The position numbers and the translations under genes are program-made. From positions 1 through 54,761 of the forward strand of contig BGZO01000004.1 of the NCBI GenBank assembly GCA_003864475.1: a DNA stretch of 54,761 bases, written 5' to 3'. Shown one piece after another: positions 43,398 to 53,519 of this stretch. Positions within the stretch are counted from its first letter, which is position 1. Every line of letters begins with the position of its first letter. The notes under the pieces were generated by a model, which was not told where the DNA came from, searched no databases, and saw only the letters and a program-made list of their open reading frames with translations. Source of the DNA: Candidatus Termititenax persephonae. Its GTDB lineage: Bacteria; Margulisbacteria; Termititenacia; Termititenacales; Termititenacaceae.

Positions 43398-44983
43398 TTT
43401 TGCTCATCGACAATTACGACTCGTTTACTTACAATCTGGCGCAATACCTGCAAATATTGGGACAGACAGTCCAGACTGTCCGCAATGACGCACTCACGCT
43501 TGCCGAGATTGAGAAACTCAAGCCCTCGCATATCGTTATCTCGCCGGGGCCGGGCGGCCCGTCCACCGCAGGCATCAGCGTCGAGGCGATACGGCATTTT
43601 GCCGGAAAAATCCCGTTATTCGGCGTGTGCCTCGGTCATCAGGCGATAGTCGAGGCTTTTGGCGGAGAAATTATCGGTGCCAAGCAAATCATTCACGGCA
43701 AAACCGACACTATTCAACACGACGAGCGCGGCGTGTTCCGCAATCTCAAGCAGGGCTTGACCATCGTGCGCTATCACTCACTGATTGCCAATCCGGCCAA
43801 ACTGCCGGACTGCCTGGAGGCCACGGCCTTCGCGGCGCGGGATCAAGCCATCATGGCGGTGCGCCACAAAAAATACCAAATCGAGGGCGTGCAGTTTCAC
43901 CCCGAATCTTTCAGCGCGGAACAGGGTTTGCCACTGCTGGAAAACTTCCTCAAATATCGGCGCGGCGGTTCGCAAAAATTAACCCTGTTGCGTAAATTAT
44001 CTTTAGGCGGCAGCCTGACCCAGAAAGAAGCGTCGACGATTATGGATGAAATAACCGACGGCGAATTGACGGACAGCCAACTGGGGGCTTTTCTGGGCGG
44101 ATACGCGGTCAAAGGCATCTCGCCGGAGGAACTGTCCGGCTTCGCGCTGGCGATGCGCCAGAAAATGACCAGCAAGCAAAAAAAGCCTGACACGCTGGAC
44201 ATTGTTGGCACTGGCGGGGACGGACAGCACACTTTTAATATATCCAGCGCGGCGGCACTGGTCTGTGCGCGCTACGGAGTCCCGGTCGCCAAGCACGGCA
44301 ACCGCGCTTTCACTTCGGCCTCAGGCAGTTTTGATTTTCTGCAGGCTTTGCAGGTCAAAACCGACGGCGACCTGCCCGCCAATCTAAAAAGCCTGCGCCA
44401 AAATAATTTCGCATTTTTCTTCGCGCCGCTCTATCATCCCGCGATGAAGTATGTTGGCCGTGTGCGGCAGGAAGTCAAATTCCGCACGGTGTTTAATCTG
44501 CTGGGACCGCTGATTAATCCTCTGCAGGCGGGCTACCAAATGATTGGGGTTTATGACCCTGCTCTGCTGGACTTATTCATCCAAACCTTAAAAAAATTGG
44601 GGCTAAAACGCGCCTTAGTTGTCCATGCAGAGTCCGGCATCGACGAGATAAGTATTTGCGGCAAAACGCATGTGCGCGAACTGACCGCCGCCGGGAAAAT
44701 TAAGTCTTATCGGCTCGACCCGCAAGATTTTGGCATCAAGGGTTTTAAAAGCGAGGACTTGCGCGGCGGGACGGCCAGGCAAAATGCGGAAATGTTTTTA
44801 CGCATCATCCAGCACGGTATTAAGACACGGAAAGACCAGGCCTTGGCCGCGGCGGTGGCTCTGAACGCAGGAGCCGCGTTGTACTTGCGCGGCAAAGTGC
44901 CAACTATCCGGGCTGGGTACGCCAAGGTAGCCAGCGACATCGCGGAGCTTAAATTGGCCGACTGCGTGGACAGGTTGCGCTAA
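43394..44983 (+). CDS. trpGD: Fused anthranilate synthase component II / anthranilate phosphoribosyltransferase
   Basis: The N-terminal GATase reads MILLIDNYDSFTYNL, GVCLGHQ, HPES. The C-terminal TrpD reads DIVGTGGDGQHTFNISSAAA, KHGNRA. Confidence 0.9.
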   Translation: MILLIDNYDSFTYNLAQYLQILGQTVQTVRNDALTLAEIEKLKPSHIVISPGPGGPSTAGISVEAIRHFAGKIPLFGVCLGHQAIVEAFGGEIIGAKQIIHGKTDTIQHDERGVFRNLKQGLTIVRYHSLIANPAKLPDCLEATAFAARDQAIMAVRHKKYQIEGVQFHPESFSAEQGLPLLENFLKYRRGGSQKLTLLRKLSLGGSLTQKEASTIMDEITDGELTDSQLGAFLGGYAVKGISPEELSGFALAMRQKMTSKQKKPDTLDIVGTGGDGQHTFNISSAAALVCARYGVPVAKHGNRAFTSASGSFDFLQALQVKTDGDLPANLKSLRQNNFAFFFAPLYHPAMKYVGRVRQEVKFRTVFNLLGPLINPLQAGYQMIGVYDPALLDLFIQTLKKLGLKRALVVHAESGIDEISICGKTHVRELTAAGKIKSYRLDPQDFGIKGFKSEDLRGGTARQNAEMFLRIIQHGIKTRKDQALAAAVALNAGAALYLRGKVPTIRAGYAKVASDIAELKLADCVDRLR

Positions 44984-46336
44984 ATGAATATCCTAGACCA
45001 GATAGTCGCCGCGCGGCGCCGCACTTTTCAGTCCTATGCTTTTCCGCCGCGCAGTGTTCCGCTGGTGCCGTTTTTCCGCCCAAAACCTTTTCTCATCACG
45101 GAGTTTAAGCGTTCCTCGCCGACGCAGAAAAAAATCAGCACTTGTTCGCACGCGGAACTGGCGCAGGATTATTATGCCGCCGGAATCCGTAATTTTTCCG
45201 TCCTGACCGAGCAAAATTTTTTTGACGGCACATTGCGGGACCTATACGAACTCAAACAAAAATATCCGCATTGTGCTTTCTTACGCAAAGATTTTTTGTC
45301 CTGCCGGGCAGACATCACGCAGGCCTATCAAGCCGGGGCGGATGCGGTGTTACTGATTGCGGAGATTTTATCTGACCAGCTTTTGCAGGAACTAATCAAT
45401 GCGGCGCACAAATACAAGCTGCAAGTTTTGGGCGAGGCGTACAGCCTGCCGTCTTTACAGAGAATGTTGCGGTTAAAAAATCCGCCGGACGCTATTGGCA
45501 TCAATTCCCGCGATTTAAAAACTTTCCGGATTCAGCCCGACCAGCCGCTGCGCTTAAAACCCTATATTCCCCAGAATATCCCCGTCGTGTACGAATCCGG
45601 CGTGGACAATGATTATCTGCTGGAAATTATCGGCAACGCTGGCTTCCGCGCCGCGCTCATCGGCGAGGCGGCGGTCAAGGCGGCAAATAGAAAGCAGACC
45701 GTCAAAAATTTTGCCCATGCTCTCCGGCGCGGCGCCGAACAAAAACCAAACTTTTTTACTAAACTTTACGCCCAGCCAAAAAATATTTACGTCAAAATGT
45801 GCGGTTTGACCAGTCCCGCCGACGTAGAGCTGGCCGCCAAGTCTGGCGCGGATGTCGCTGGTTTTGTTTTCGTGCCGGGGTCGCCGCGCCGCGCGGCGGC
45901 AAAGTTATTGCGGGCAGTCAAGCCTGTACGGATTTTAAAAGCCGCCGTGGTCAAAAAAGTTACGCCGCAGATAAAAAAGCTACTGCGTCTCGGTTTAATC
46001 GACGCGGTGCAGACCTATACTGAGGCGGATATTTACGCTCTGGCGGGGAATGCCTATTTCGTCGCCGTCGACCCGCGCCGCCGCGCCCTGCCGATTACAC
46101 TCTATGACGCGCCGAAAACCAAGTCCATGCGCCAAGGGCGGCCAATCCCGGCACGGGAGCATCAACACATTTACGGTCAATGGCTGGCGGGAGGCTTGAC
46201 TCCGCAAAATGTGCGCGGCCTGATTAGAAAAATTCGGCCTGGACTGGTCGATGTCAGCTCGGGCATTGAAAAAAGCATTGGACAGAAAGACGCACGGAAA
46301 ATAAAATTGTTTTTACAAGAGGTGGCGCGTGCCTAA
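44984..46336 (+). CDS. trpCF: Fused indole-3-glycerol-phosphate synthase / phosphoribosylanthranilate isomerase
   Basis: The N-terminal IGPS-like half contains LITEFKRSSPTQ and IGINSRDLKTF. The C-terminal PRAI half contains VKMCGLTSPADVELAAKSGADVAGFVFVPGSPR. Confidence 0.85.
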   Translation: MNILDQIVAARRRTFQSYAFPPRSVPLVPFFRPKPFLITEFKRSSPTQKKISTCSHAELAQDYYAAGIRNFSVLTEQNFFDGTLRDLYELKQKYPHCAFLRKDFLSCRADITQAYQAGADAVLLIAEILSDQLLQELINAAHKYKLQVLGEAYSLPSLQRMLRLKNPPDAIGINSRDLKTFRIQPDQPLRLKPYIPQNIPVVYESGVDNDYLLEIIGNAGFRAALIGEAAVKAANRKQTVKNFAHALRRGAEQKPNFFTKLYAQPKNIYVKMCGLTSPADVELAAKSGADVAGFVFVPGSPRRAAAKLLRAVKPVRILKAAVVKKVTPQIKKLLRLGLIDAVQTYTEADIYALAGNAYFVAVDPRRRALPITLYDAPKTKSMRQGRPIPAREHQHIYGQWLAGGLTPQNVRGLIRKIRPGLVDVSSGIEKSIGQKDARKIKLFLQEVARA

Positions 46337-47549
46337 ATACTTCGGACAATACGGCGGGCAATATGTCGGTGAAGTTCTGCGTCCCGCGCTGGACGAACTG
46401 GCCGCAGGCTTTGCCAAATACAGTCGGGACAAAAAATTTTTGGCGGAATATGCGGACTTGCTGACCAACTACGCCGGGCGGCCAACACCGCTCCTGTATG
46501 CCGCGAATCTCACGCGCGAATTGCAGGGAGCCAAGACTTACATCAAGCTGGAAGGCCTGGCCAATACCGGGGCGCATAAAATCAATAACGCGCTGGGGCA
46601 GGTATTGCTTGCCAAAAAAATTGGCAAAAAACAGGTCATTGCCGAGACAGGAGCCGGACAGCACGGTGTGGCCACCGCCGCCGCCTGTGCGCGGCTGGGA
46701 CTGCGTTGCGAGATTTTTATGGGCGCAATCGACGCGGCTCGCCAACAGCCTAATGTTTTTTTGATGAAGCAGTACGGGGCAAAAATCCATATCGTCGAGG
46801 ACGGCACGCGCATCCTCAAGGACGCGGTAAACGCCTGTCTTAAAAACTGGACGGCACGGGCGGCTGACACGCATTATCTTATCGGCTCGGCTTTGGGACC
46901 CTATCCCTATCCCGACATGGTAAGATTTTTCCAGAGCAGCATTGGCCGTGAAATAAAAAAACAATTATGGCAAAAAGAAAAAAAATTGCCGGATGTTTTA
47001 ATCGCCTGCTGCGGCGGCGGCTCCAACTCCATCGGCATGTTTGCCCCGTTTTTGCGCAATAAAAAAGTCCGCCTCATCGCGGTCGAGGCAGGTGGGCGCG
47101 GTCGGAAAGCCGGACAACATGCCGCGCGCATCTGTTCCCGTAGCCCGCTGGGGATTGTCGAGGGCTACAAATCGCGCTTCATACAGACGGATGACGGGCA
47201 GGTCTTGCCCACGCACTCCGTCTCGGCGGGATTGGACTACGCCGGGATTGGTCCAGAATTGGCGGCCTTGGCAGAAGCCCGGCGCATCGAGTTTTTGACC
47301 GCCAGCGATAAAGAAGTCCTGCAGGCCTATCAATATCTGGCGCGGACAGAGGGACTTTTGTTTGCCTTGGAATCCGCCCATGCCGCCGCCGCCGCACTGA
47401 AAATAATCCCGCGTCTGGGCCAAGACCAAATCGCCGTGATTAATATGTCCGGGCGCGGCGACAAAGATATTTTCATCACGGCGGCGGAGTTATCGAAAAA
47501 AGAATGGGGCGAGTTTTTAAAGCAAGAGGTCGAGCGTTTATGCGGTTAA
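46329..47549 (+). CDS. trpB: Tryptophan synthase beta chain
   Basis: GTG start, with YFGQYGGQYV, KLEGLANTGAHKINN and GGGSN. Confidence 0.95.
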   Translation: MPKYFGQYGGQYVGEVLRPALDELAAGFAKYSRDKKFLAEYADLLTNYAGRPTPLLYAANLTRELQGAKTYIKLEGLANTGAHKINNALGQVLLAKKIGKKQVIAETGAGQHGVATAAACARLGLRCEIFMGAIDAARQQPNVFLMKQYGAKIHIVEDGTRILKDAVNACLKNWTARAADTHYLIGSALGPYPYPDMVRFFQSSIGREIKKQLWQKEKKLPDVLIACCGGGSNSIGMFAPFLRNKKVRLIAVEAGGRGRKAGQHAARICSRSPLGIVEGYKSRFIQTDDGQVLPTHSVSAGLDYAGIGPELAALAEARRIEFLTASDKEVLQAYQYLARTEGLLFALESAHAAAAALKIIPRLGQDQIAVINMSGRGDKDIFITAAELSKKEWGEFLKQEVERLCG

Positions 47550-48265
47550 TGGTGCATCTCATCGCGGGCTTCCCGTCGCTCCAAGGTTTCACGGAGGCGG
47601 CGCGGGCTTTGCGGGCTGGCGGCGCGGAAATACTGGAAATCCAGATTCCTTTTTCCGACCCGACCGCCGACGGGCCAGACATCACGCGGGCCAGCGAGGC
47701 CGCACTGCGCGGCGGCTTCAAGGTACGGGATATTTTTAAATACCTCCGCGCCGCACGGCAAGCCGGGTTTCGCAGAATCTTGGTGATGACTTACGCCAAT
47801 ATTCCGTACCGTTATGGCATAAAAAAATACGTCAGCGATTTGCAAAAAGCCGGGGTAGAGGGGCTAATCGTGCCGGACCTGCCGCTGGAAGACGAGGAGA
47901 GTTTTTACCAGCTGGCGCGGCAGAAGCATATCGCGCCAGTGCCGGTCGGTGTAGTCGGCATGCCCGCCCGCAGATTAAAACTGCTGGAGCCGTATCACAA
48001 ACTCTATATCTCCCTGCGCGGCGGCACGACCGGCACGGCAACCAGAATCTCCGCGGAAACCCAAAAATTCCTGAGCCAGTTGTCCGTCCGGCATGAGGTC
48101 TACGGCGGCTTCGGCATCACCAGCGCACGGCAAGTCAAGGCGCTCGCGCCGTTTGTTCACGCCGTGGTCGTCGGCTCCTACTTCACGCGGACATTGCAAG
48201 AAGCCGGGCGGGCCAACGCCCCAATTTACCAAAGCGTCGCGGGGGCTTTGCGGAAATTACTTTAA
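47540..48265 (+). CDS. trpA: Tryptophan synthase alpha chain
   Basis: The start at ATG 47540 overlaps the trpB stop. The protein carries LEIQIPFSDPTADGPDI and GLIVPDLPLEE. Confidence 0.9.
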   Translation: MRLMVHLIAGFPSLQGFTEAARALRAGGAEILEIQIPFSDPTADGPDITRASEAALRGGFKVRDIFKYLRAARQAGFRRILVMTYANIPYRYGIKKYVSDLQKAGVEGLIVPDLPLEDEESFYQLARQKHIAPVPVGVVGMPARRLKLLEPYHKLYISLRGGTTGTATRISAETQKFLSQLSVRHEVYGGFGITSARQVKALAPFVHAVVVGSYFTRTLQEAGRANAPIYQSVAGALRKLL

Positions 48266-49272
48266 AGTTCGCGGTATATATTCAGATACCCCTGCAACAT
48301 TTTCTCAACCGTGTAGTTTTTCGTAAACCGCGCTAAGGAATTGGCGGAGAACCTTTGGCCAACAGCCTCGTTTTCCAGAATATACTTTATTTTCTCCGCG
48401 AACAAACCAGCATTGTTTTCCACCAGATAACCGTTTTCCCCGTCCGCCACCAGCTCGCCCAGACCACCCACCCTAGAGGCCACCACCGGCTGGCCATAAC
48501 TCAACGCTTCCAGCACGACCATGGGCAAACCCTCATAATCGCTGGGCAACATGAAAACGCCCGCCAGCATATTGAAACGCGCCGCCTCAGGAATACTCCC
48601 CAAGCAAAAAACATTTTCGGGTAAATTTTGCTCCGCCGCCTGACCGCCCAGCCAAAGAAAAGCATAGGCGGGCAGCAACCGGGCGGTCGCCAAAAAAATA
48701 TCAAACCGCTTGGGCTTGGCGTTCCGCGCTATGCACAGCACTGCCTTGGCATAGTTTTTCGCGAAAGCCGGTCTAGCCACTCCATTATAAACACAATGCA
48801 CCTGGCGCGTGATTCTTTCCGCCAGTAAATTTTTCTGGTCATACTGGCTGACCGCGACTATCGCGGCGCAACGGTTTTGCAAAAATCTTTCCAAGGGTAA
48901 ATATTGCCTGTAAGCCACGCGGATAGAGTCGAAACCATGCACCGTATATACGATTTTATTTTTGGCAAACGCCAGCCTGCCCAAGATACCCGCCTTAGAA
49001 GAGTGCAGGTGAACCACGTCGGGGCGGTACTGCCAAGATAGTTTTAAGAAAACGAGCATTGTCCAGAAATCCGCCAGCGGGGAAATTTTCCGTCGGAGAG
49101 AATTTATTTTTAGCCGCCGGACGGCAGGACTGAGCAGCTGGAACATTTTGCCGTCGCCCTCTCCCGCGGCGACGATGACTTCATGCTCCGAAACGAGGGC
49201 ATTGGCGAGATTGGCAACCACCGACTGGGCACCGCCCAATTCCGACAAAGTAATTATCTGCAAGATTCTCAT
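48262..49272 (-). CDS. Glycosyltransferase family 4 (GT-B fold)
   Basis: MRILQIITLSELGGAQSVV, with the C-terminal EGLPMVVLEALSYGQPVVASRVGGLGELV motif. Confidence 0.8.
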   Translation of the reverse strand: MRILQIITLSELGGAQSVVANLANALVSEHEVIVAAGEGDGKMFQLLSPAVRRLKINSLRRKISPLADFWTMLVFLKLSWQYRPDVVHLHSSKAGILGRLAFAKNKIVYTVHGFDSIRVAYRQYLPLERFLQNRCAAIVAVSQYDQKNLLAERITRQVHCVYNGVARPAFAKNYAKAVLCIARNAKPKRFDIFLATARLLPAYAFLWLGGQAAEQNLPENVFCLGSIPEAARFNMLAGVFMLPSDYEGLPMVVLEALSYGQPVVASRVGGLGELVADGENGYLVENNAGLFAEKIKYILENEAVGQRFSANSLARFTKNYTVEKMLQGYLNIYREL

Positions 49273-49283
49273 GCCACCTCATT

Positions 49284-49598
49284 CTAACTGGCAAGCGTTC
49301 GCCGCATCAACACCGCATCCTCGACAGGATTGTGGTAGTAGGCTTGGCGCCAGCCGACCCGCGCAAAGCCCAATTTGGCATACAGGCTTAGGGCAGGCTG
49401 ATTGGCGGCGCGGACTTCGAGATAGGCATTGGCTAAGTTTTTGTTTTCCGCCAATAATTCCCGCAAAGCATTTTTCGCCAGACCCTGCCGCCGATATTCC
49501 GGCCGCACATAGACATCCAGTATCTGCAACTCGTCCGCGGCAGTGATGTATTCGACAAAACCAATTTCTTGGCCATGCTTTACGATGTTTTTACGCAT
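49284..49598 (-). CDS. GNAT N-acetyltransferase, RimI-like, short
   Basis: VRPEYRRQGLAKNALRELL is an acetyl-CoA-binding motif. The ORF is only 104 aa and in-frame stops lie directly upstream, so the N-terminal part of the fold is missing. Confidence 0.6.
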   Translation of the reverse strand: MRKNIVKHGQEIGFVEYITAADELQILDVYVRPEYRRQGLAKNALRELLAENKNLANAYLEVRAANQPALSLYAKLGFARVGWRQAYYHNPVEDAVLMRRTLAS

Positions 49599-49731
49599 AA
49601 ATTAATTTTACCGCATAAAGCCTGATTTTTGCTTGCCGAAAAAATATTAAATATTCGGGTATACAGTTACTTGTCGATTTTTCATCGCACCGATATAATT
49701 AAGTGCTTATTTAATAATTAAGGAGTAAAAA

Positions 49732-49959
49732 ATGCCAGTACCAAAAAAGCGCCGTCCTCATGCTAGGACGCGCACCAATCACGCATATAATTTCAAGGCC
49801 GAGGGTAAGGCGACCGGAATTTGTAAAAATTGCGGAACCGCCGTCCTGCCGCACACAATCTGCCCGGCCTGCGGATTTTATAAAGGTCGCAAAGTCAAAG
49901 TAACCAAGATTGAAAAACGCAACGCGCGCCAAGCCCGCAAGGCCGAGGACAAAAAATAA
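49732..49959 (+). CDS. rpmF: 50S ribosomal protein L32
   Basis: MPVPKKRRPHARTRTNHAY...CKNCGTAVLPHTICPACGFYKGRKV. Confidence 0.9.
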   Translation: MPVPKKRRPHARTRTNHAYNFKAEGKATGICKNCGTAVLPHTICPACGFYKGRKVKVTKIEKRNARQARKAEDKK

Positions 49960-49961
49960 CA

Positions 49962-50963
49962 ATGCGCATAGTGCTGGACGCGATGGGCGGTGATTATGCC
50001 CCTGCCGAGATAGTCAAAGGCGCGGTGGACGCGGCCAAGGATGAAACCTTGACGGTCATTCTCGTCGGCGACCAAGCCAAGGTCGGTTTAGAATTAAAAA
50101 AATATCCCAAGAAAAGCAATATCGAGACGGTACATGCCAGTGAGGACATTGCCATGTCGGAGCATCCCGTCGAGGCAGTACGCCAAAAAAAGGACGCTTC
50201 CATCAACGTCTGCATGCGCCTGCTCAAAGAAGGCAAGGTGGACGCGGTGGTCTCCGCCGGCAATACGGGCGCGGTCATGGCGGCGGCCTTATTCGGCCTC
50301 GGGCGCATCAAAGGCATTGAGCGTCCGGCGATTGCCAGTCTTTTCCCGGCAGTCAAAGGGCATACGGCTTTGCTGGACATCGGTGCCAACGCGGACTGCC
50401 GTCCCAATCATCTGGTGCAGTTTGCCTACATGGGCAAGGCGTATATCGAAAAAGTCATCGGCGTGGAGAATCCGCGCATCGGACTGCTCAATATCGGCGA
50501 GGAAGATGAAAAAGGCAGTGAACTGACCGTGGCCTCTAATAAACTGCTCCGCCTCGAACGTGCCAACGGCCTGAACTTTATCGGCAATATCGAGGGCAAG
50601 GATATTTTGGAGAACAATGCCGATGTGGTGGTCTGCGACGGTTTTGTCGGTAATGTCGTCCTCAAATTTGCCGAAGGATTGATTTTTTCACTGAGCAGAC
50701 TGATTAAGCAAGGCCTGTCTCCGCTGGCCTGGCTCGGCTTGCTGCTCATGCTCGGCTCGTTATTCAAAATCAAGAGCAAAGTCGATTACAAAAAATACGG
50801 CGGGGCCCCGCTCCTCGGTGTGAACGGCGTGGTCATCATCACGCACGGACGCGCCAAGTCCGAGACCATCAAAAATTCTATCACCGCAGCCGCCAAGGCC
50901 GTCCGACAAAACTTAATCGACGCTATTCGCCAAATCAAACCCTTGGAGAACCCTGTTGGCTAA
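49962..50963 (+). CDS. plsX: Phosphate acyltransferase PlsX
   Basis: 333 aa with MRIVLDAMGGDYAP, VSAGNTGA and VVCDGFVGNVVLK. Confidence 0.95.
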   Translation: MRIVLDAMGGDYAPAEIVKGAVDAAKDETLTVILVGDQAKVGLELKKYPKKSNIETVHASEDIAMSEHPVEAVRQKKDASINVCMRLLKEGKVDAVVSAGNTGAVMAAALFGLGRIKGIERPAIASLFPAVKGHTALLDIGANADCRPNHLVQFAYMGKAYIEKVIGVENPRIGLLNIGEEDEKGSELTVASNKLLRLERANGLNFIGNIEGKDILENNADVVVCDGFVGNVVLKFAEGLIFSLSRLIKQGLSPLAWLGLLLMLGSLFKIKSKVDYKKYGGAPLLGVNGVVIITHGRAKSETIKNSITAAAKAVRQNLIDAIRQIKPLENPVG

Positions 50964-51954
50964 ATTATTTTACGCGGGCATCTCCGGTCTAGGCTCCGCT
51001 GTCCCCGACAAAATAATGACCAATGCCGACTGGGCAAAGCTGGTCGACACCTCTGATGAATGGATACGCACCCGCACGGGCATTGAGGAACGGCGGATTT
51101 GCGCTGAGGACACCGCCGCATCCGACCTGGCTTTCCTCGCGGCGCAAAGGGCTTTGCAGTCTGCCCAAGCCGCCCCGGAGGAGATAGACCTGATTGTCGT
51201 GGCGACCAGCACGCCGGATTATCCTATTTTTCCGCCAGTGGCGGCTCTCCTGCAGGACAGGCTCGGCTGCGGCAAGGCCGGCGGTTTCGACCTTTCGGCG
51301 GCCTGTTCGGGTTTTGGCTATGGTTTTTATACCGCCGCGCAATTTATCGAAAGCGGGGAGTTGCAAAAAGTCCTGCTCGTCTGCGTGGACACCCTGAGCA
51401 AAAACGTCGACCGCACCGACCGCAGTGTCTGCGTCCTCTTCGGCGACGGCGCGGGGGCGCTCGTGCTGGAACGTACCGAGGTCGGCTACGGGCATTTGGC
51501 TTCGATTGTCGGACTGCGCGGTTCGGGTGCGCCCGACCTCATCGTCAAACTTGGCGGCTCCAAAACACCCTTGACCAAAGAAAATATCGGCAACCAAGAC
51601 CAGTATATTTCTATGAACGGCAAGGGCGTGTTTAAATTTGCGGTCAATATCATGGGCGAGGCCACCGAGCAGGCGATTCGGAAAGCGGGTTTGACAAATA
51701 AGGACATTGATTTTTTCGTGCCGCACCAGGCCAATATCCGCATCATCGACGCGGCCATGAGGCATCTCGACCTGGCACCGGAGAAAGTCATCGTCAACAT
51801 TCAAAAATACGGCAATACCTCTAGCGCATCCATACCGCTGGCCCTCGACGAGGCCTACCGCGACGGCAGGCTGAAAAAAGGCTCGCTAATCGCGACCTGC
51901 GGTTTCGGCGCAGGTTTGAGCTGGACGGCAAACGTGCTGCGGTGGGGCAAATGA
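50956..51954 (+). CDS. fabH: 3-oxoacyl-ACP synthase III
   Basis: TTG start. The protein carries DTSDEWIRTRTGIEERR, the active-site block LSAACSGFGYG, HQANIRI and GFGAGLSW. Confidence 0.95.
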   Translation: MAKLFYAGISGLGSAVPDKIMTNADWAKLVDTSDEWIRTRTGIEERRICAEDTAASDLAFLAAQRALQSAQAAPEEIDLIVVATSTPDYPIFPPVAALLQDRLGCGKAGGFDLSAACSGFGYGFYTAAQFIESGELQKVLLVCVDTLSKNVDRTDRSVCVLFGDGAGALVLERTEVGYGHLASIVGLRGSGAPDLIVKLGGSKTPLTKENIGNQDQYISMNGKGVFKFAVNIMGEATEQAIRKAGLTNKDIDFFVPHQANIRIIDAAMRHLDLAPEKVIVNIQKYGNTSSASIPLALDEAYRDGRLKKGSLIATCGFGAGLSWTANVLRWGK

Positions 51955-51971
51955 TTTAAAAACACCAAGGG

Positions 51972-53384
51972 TCAGTTCACTCTCATTATATAAATTACCG
52001 TATAGTAACTCGGCACGGTGGCGACAGTGAACACTGTGCCAGAACCTGTAGCGGCTGTCGAGCCACCCACTGTCCCGCCGGAAACCGTCCCTGTTACGGA
52101 ATGGGTGTGTGCGCCCGCGGAAGAGGCCTTGCTGGTGGATGTGAAATCGTGTATATGCGCACCATCGGAAGCGGCTGTGCCTGAAGTCGAATGCTCATGT
52201 GCGCCATCATGGTCTATTGTAATACCTGTCGTACTATAATAAGTATTTGTTTTATATGAAGCATCTTTAAGGAGTCCGCCGCTTTCATACACAGTTTCAG
52301 GATTTCCGCCCGTACTATCCATATGCCCCAATTCGTGCCTGTGTCCACTCCCACTGTTAGGCTCGATAATTCCGTGGCTATGACCCCCCGCTAATATTGT
52401 AGAACCAGTTGTTGAATGTTCATGGTTTCCTGCGAGAGCGGCTCCGCCGGATAGGTCATGCTCATGCGCACCGTCAGAGGCCGCGACACCATCCGTAAAG
52501 GACAGACCTGATATGGACAGTCCGGTCGCTCCGTGATTGTGCGCGGGTAAATTTGCTGTCTGTAAGGTTATGCTCCGGCTGTCCGCGCCGCCAGTCCCGC
52601 CGCGCGCCATGTTTTCACCGCTTCTGCCGCCCATGATGAACTTGTCCCGCAAATCTGGCGTGCCGTTCTTGCCGTTGCACTGGTACCAGCCTTTCAACGT
52701 GCTGTCATCCGTCCAGCCCGTGCCGTCATAAATCAGTATCGTGCCGATAGGGAGCGCGGACTGAAGGGTGGCGACGGCTTGCGTCCCGGGTTGCCCGCCC
52801 GCCGTGGCCGGGGCTGTCAGTAAGTTTGCTGGGTCTGTCGCGGTTATCTTGTCCTGCTTGGCGGACAATTTCGTGTTGACATCGTTCTTCGTGTAATATT
52901 GCGTGTCGTGGGTGTGGCTATCGCTCAGTACCTGCCACGTCTTGTCGCCGCGCCAGTATTTGGCGTTCGTCCCCATCGCGATGGTGGCTTCCTTGCCGCT
53001 CAGCGCGGTGTAAATGCCGCCGGACGTTACGGGGTTCCCGCTGTCCGCCGTGGGCGTGCTGTCGAAGGTCAATGTGTCCTGTTTCCTGTCGAGGTTCGCC
53101 CCCACCAGCGTGGACGACGGGTAGTAGTCATTGAGAGAATCGCCGTTCAAGGTGTTGTCGGCGTGGTCGCTGGTCTTGCTGGTGTCGTATATCTGTTTGT
53201 TTTCCACCTTCTCCTTGGTGTGCAGGGCGTTCCGCATCCCTTCCGCCGAGATTTTCTTCTCGGAGTATATGTCGTATGCTACGTTCTCTCCATTTTCGTT
53301 TACATATATCCCATTGATGAAGTCCGTGTCTTCCGTGCTGTTCGTGCCATCTACGTATTTCGTGTATTTATTTGCGTTCGCCAT
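51972..53384 (-). CDS. Fibre-family protein F1: extended N-module, tail-collar domain and long His-x-His / G-[AG]-H-x-H repeat region
   Basis: ISAEGMRNALHTKEKVENKQ...DYYPSSTLVGANL forms the N-module. GTILIYDGTGWTDDSTLKGWYQCNGKNGTPDLRDKFIMGG is the tail-collar block. The His-rich part reads AHNHGA, GAHEHDLS, GNHEHSTT, GGHSHGI, GHRHELGH, GAHEHSTS, GAHIHDFT, GAHTHSVT. The C-terminus FTVATVPSYYTVIYIMRVN parallels D1. Confidence 0.8.
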   Translation of the reverse strand: MANANKYTKYVDGTNSTEDTDFINGIYVNENGENVAYDIYSEKKISAEGMRNALHTKEKVENKQIYDTSKTSDHADNTLNGDSLNDYYPSSTLVGANLDRKQDTLTFDSTPTADSGNPVTSGGIYTALSGKEATIAMGTNAKYWRGDKTWQVLSDSHTHDTQYYTKNDVNTKLSAKQDKITATDPANLLTAPATAGGQPGTQAVATLQSALPIGTILIYDGTGWTDDSTLKGWYQCNGKNGTPDLRDKFIMGGRSGENMARGGTGGADSRSITLQTANLPAHNHGATGLSISGLSFTDGVAASDGAHEHDLSGGAALAGNHEHSTTGSTILAGGHSHGIIEPNSGSGHRHELGHMDSTGGNPETVYESGGLLKDASYKTNTYYSTTGITIDHDGAHEHSTSGTAASDGAHIHDFTSTSKASSAGAHTHSVTGTVSGGTVGGSTAATGSGTVFTVATVPSYYTVIYIMRVN

Positions 53385-53415
53385 AATAATCCCCCCATAT
53401 ATTTTACTGATTCAT

Positions 53416-53426
53416 AGTATATCACA
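53416..53426 (-). promoter_or_regulatory. Extended -10 element (TGTGATATACT) for F1
   Basis: It lies 32 nt upstream of the F1 ATG and belongs to the conserved pattern seen in the other fibre loci. Confidence 0.5.
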
Positions 53427-53519
53427 TTTTTATAGTAAGTCAACATATATTGGATAACAATAAAAGCGTGGGACATAATCCATTAAACTAAATTATCGGT
53501 TGGAAAGGATTGATTTTTT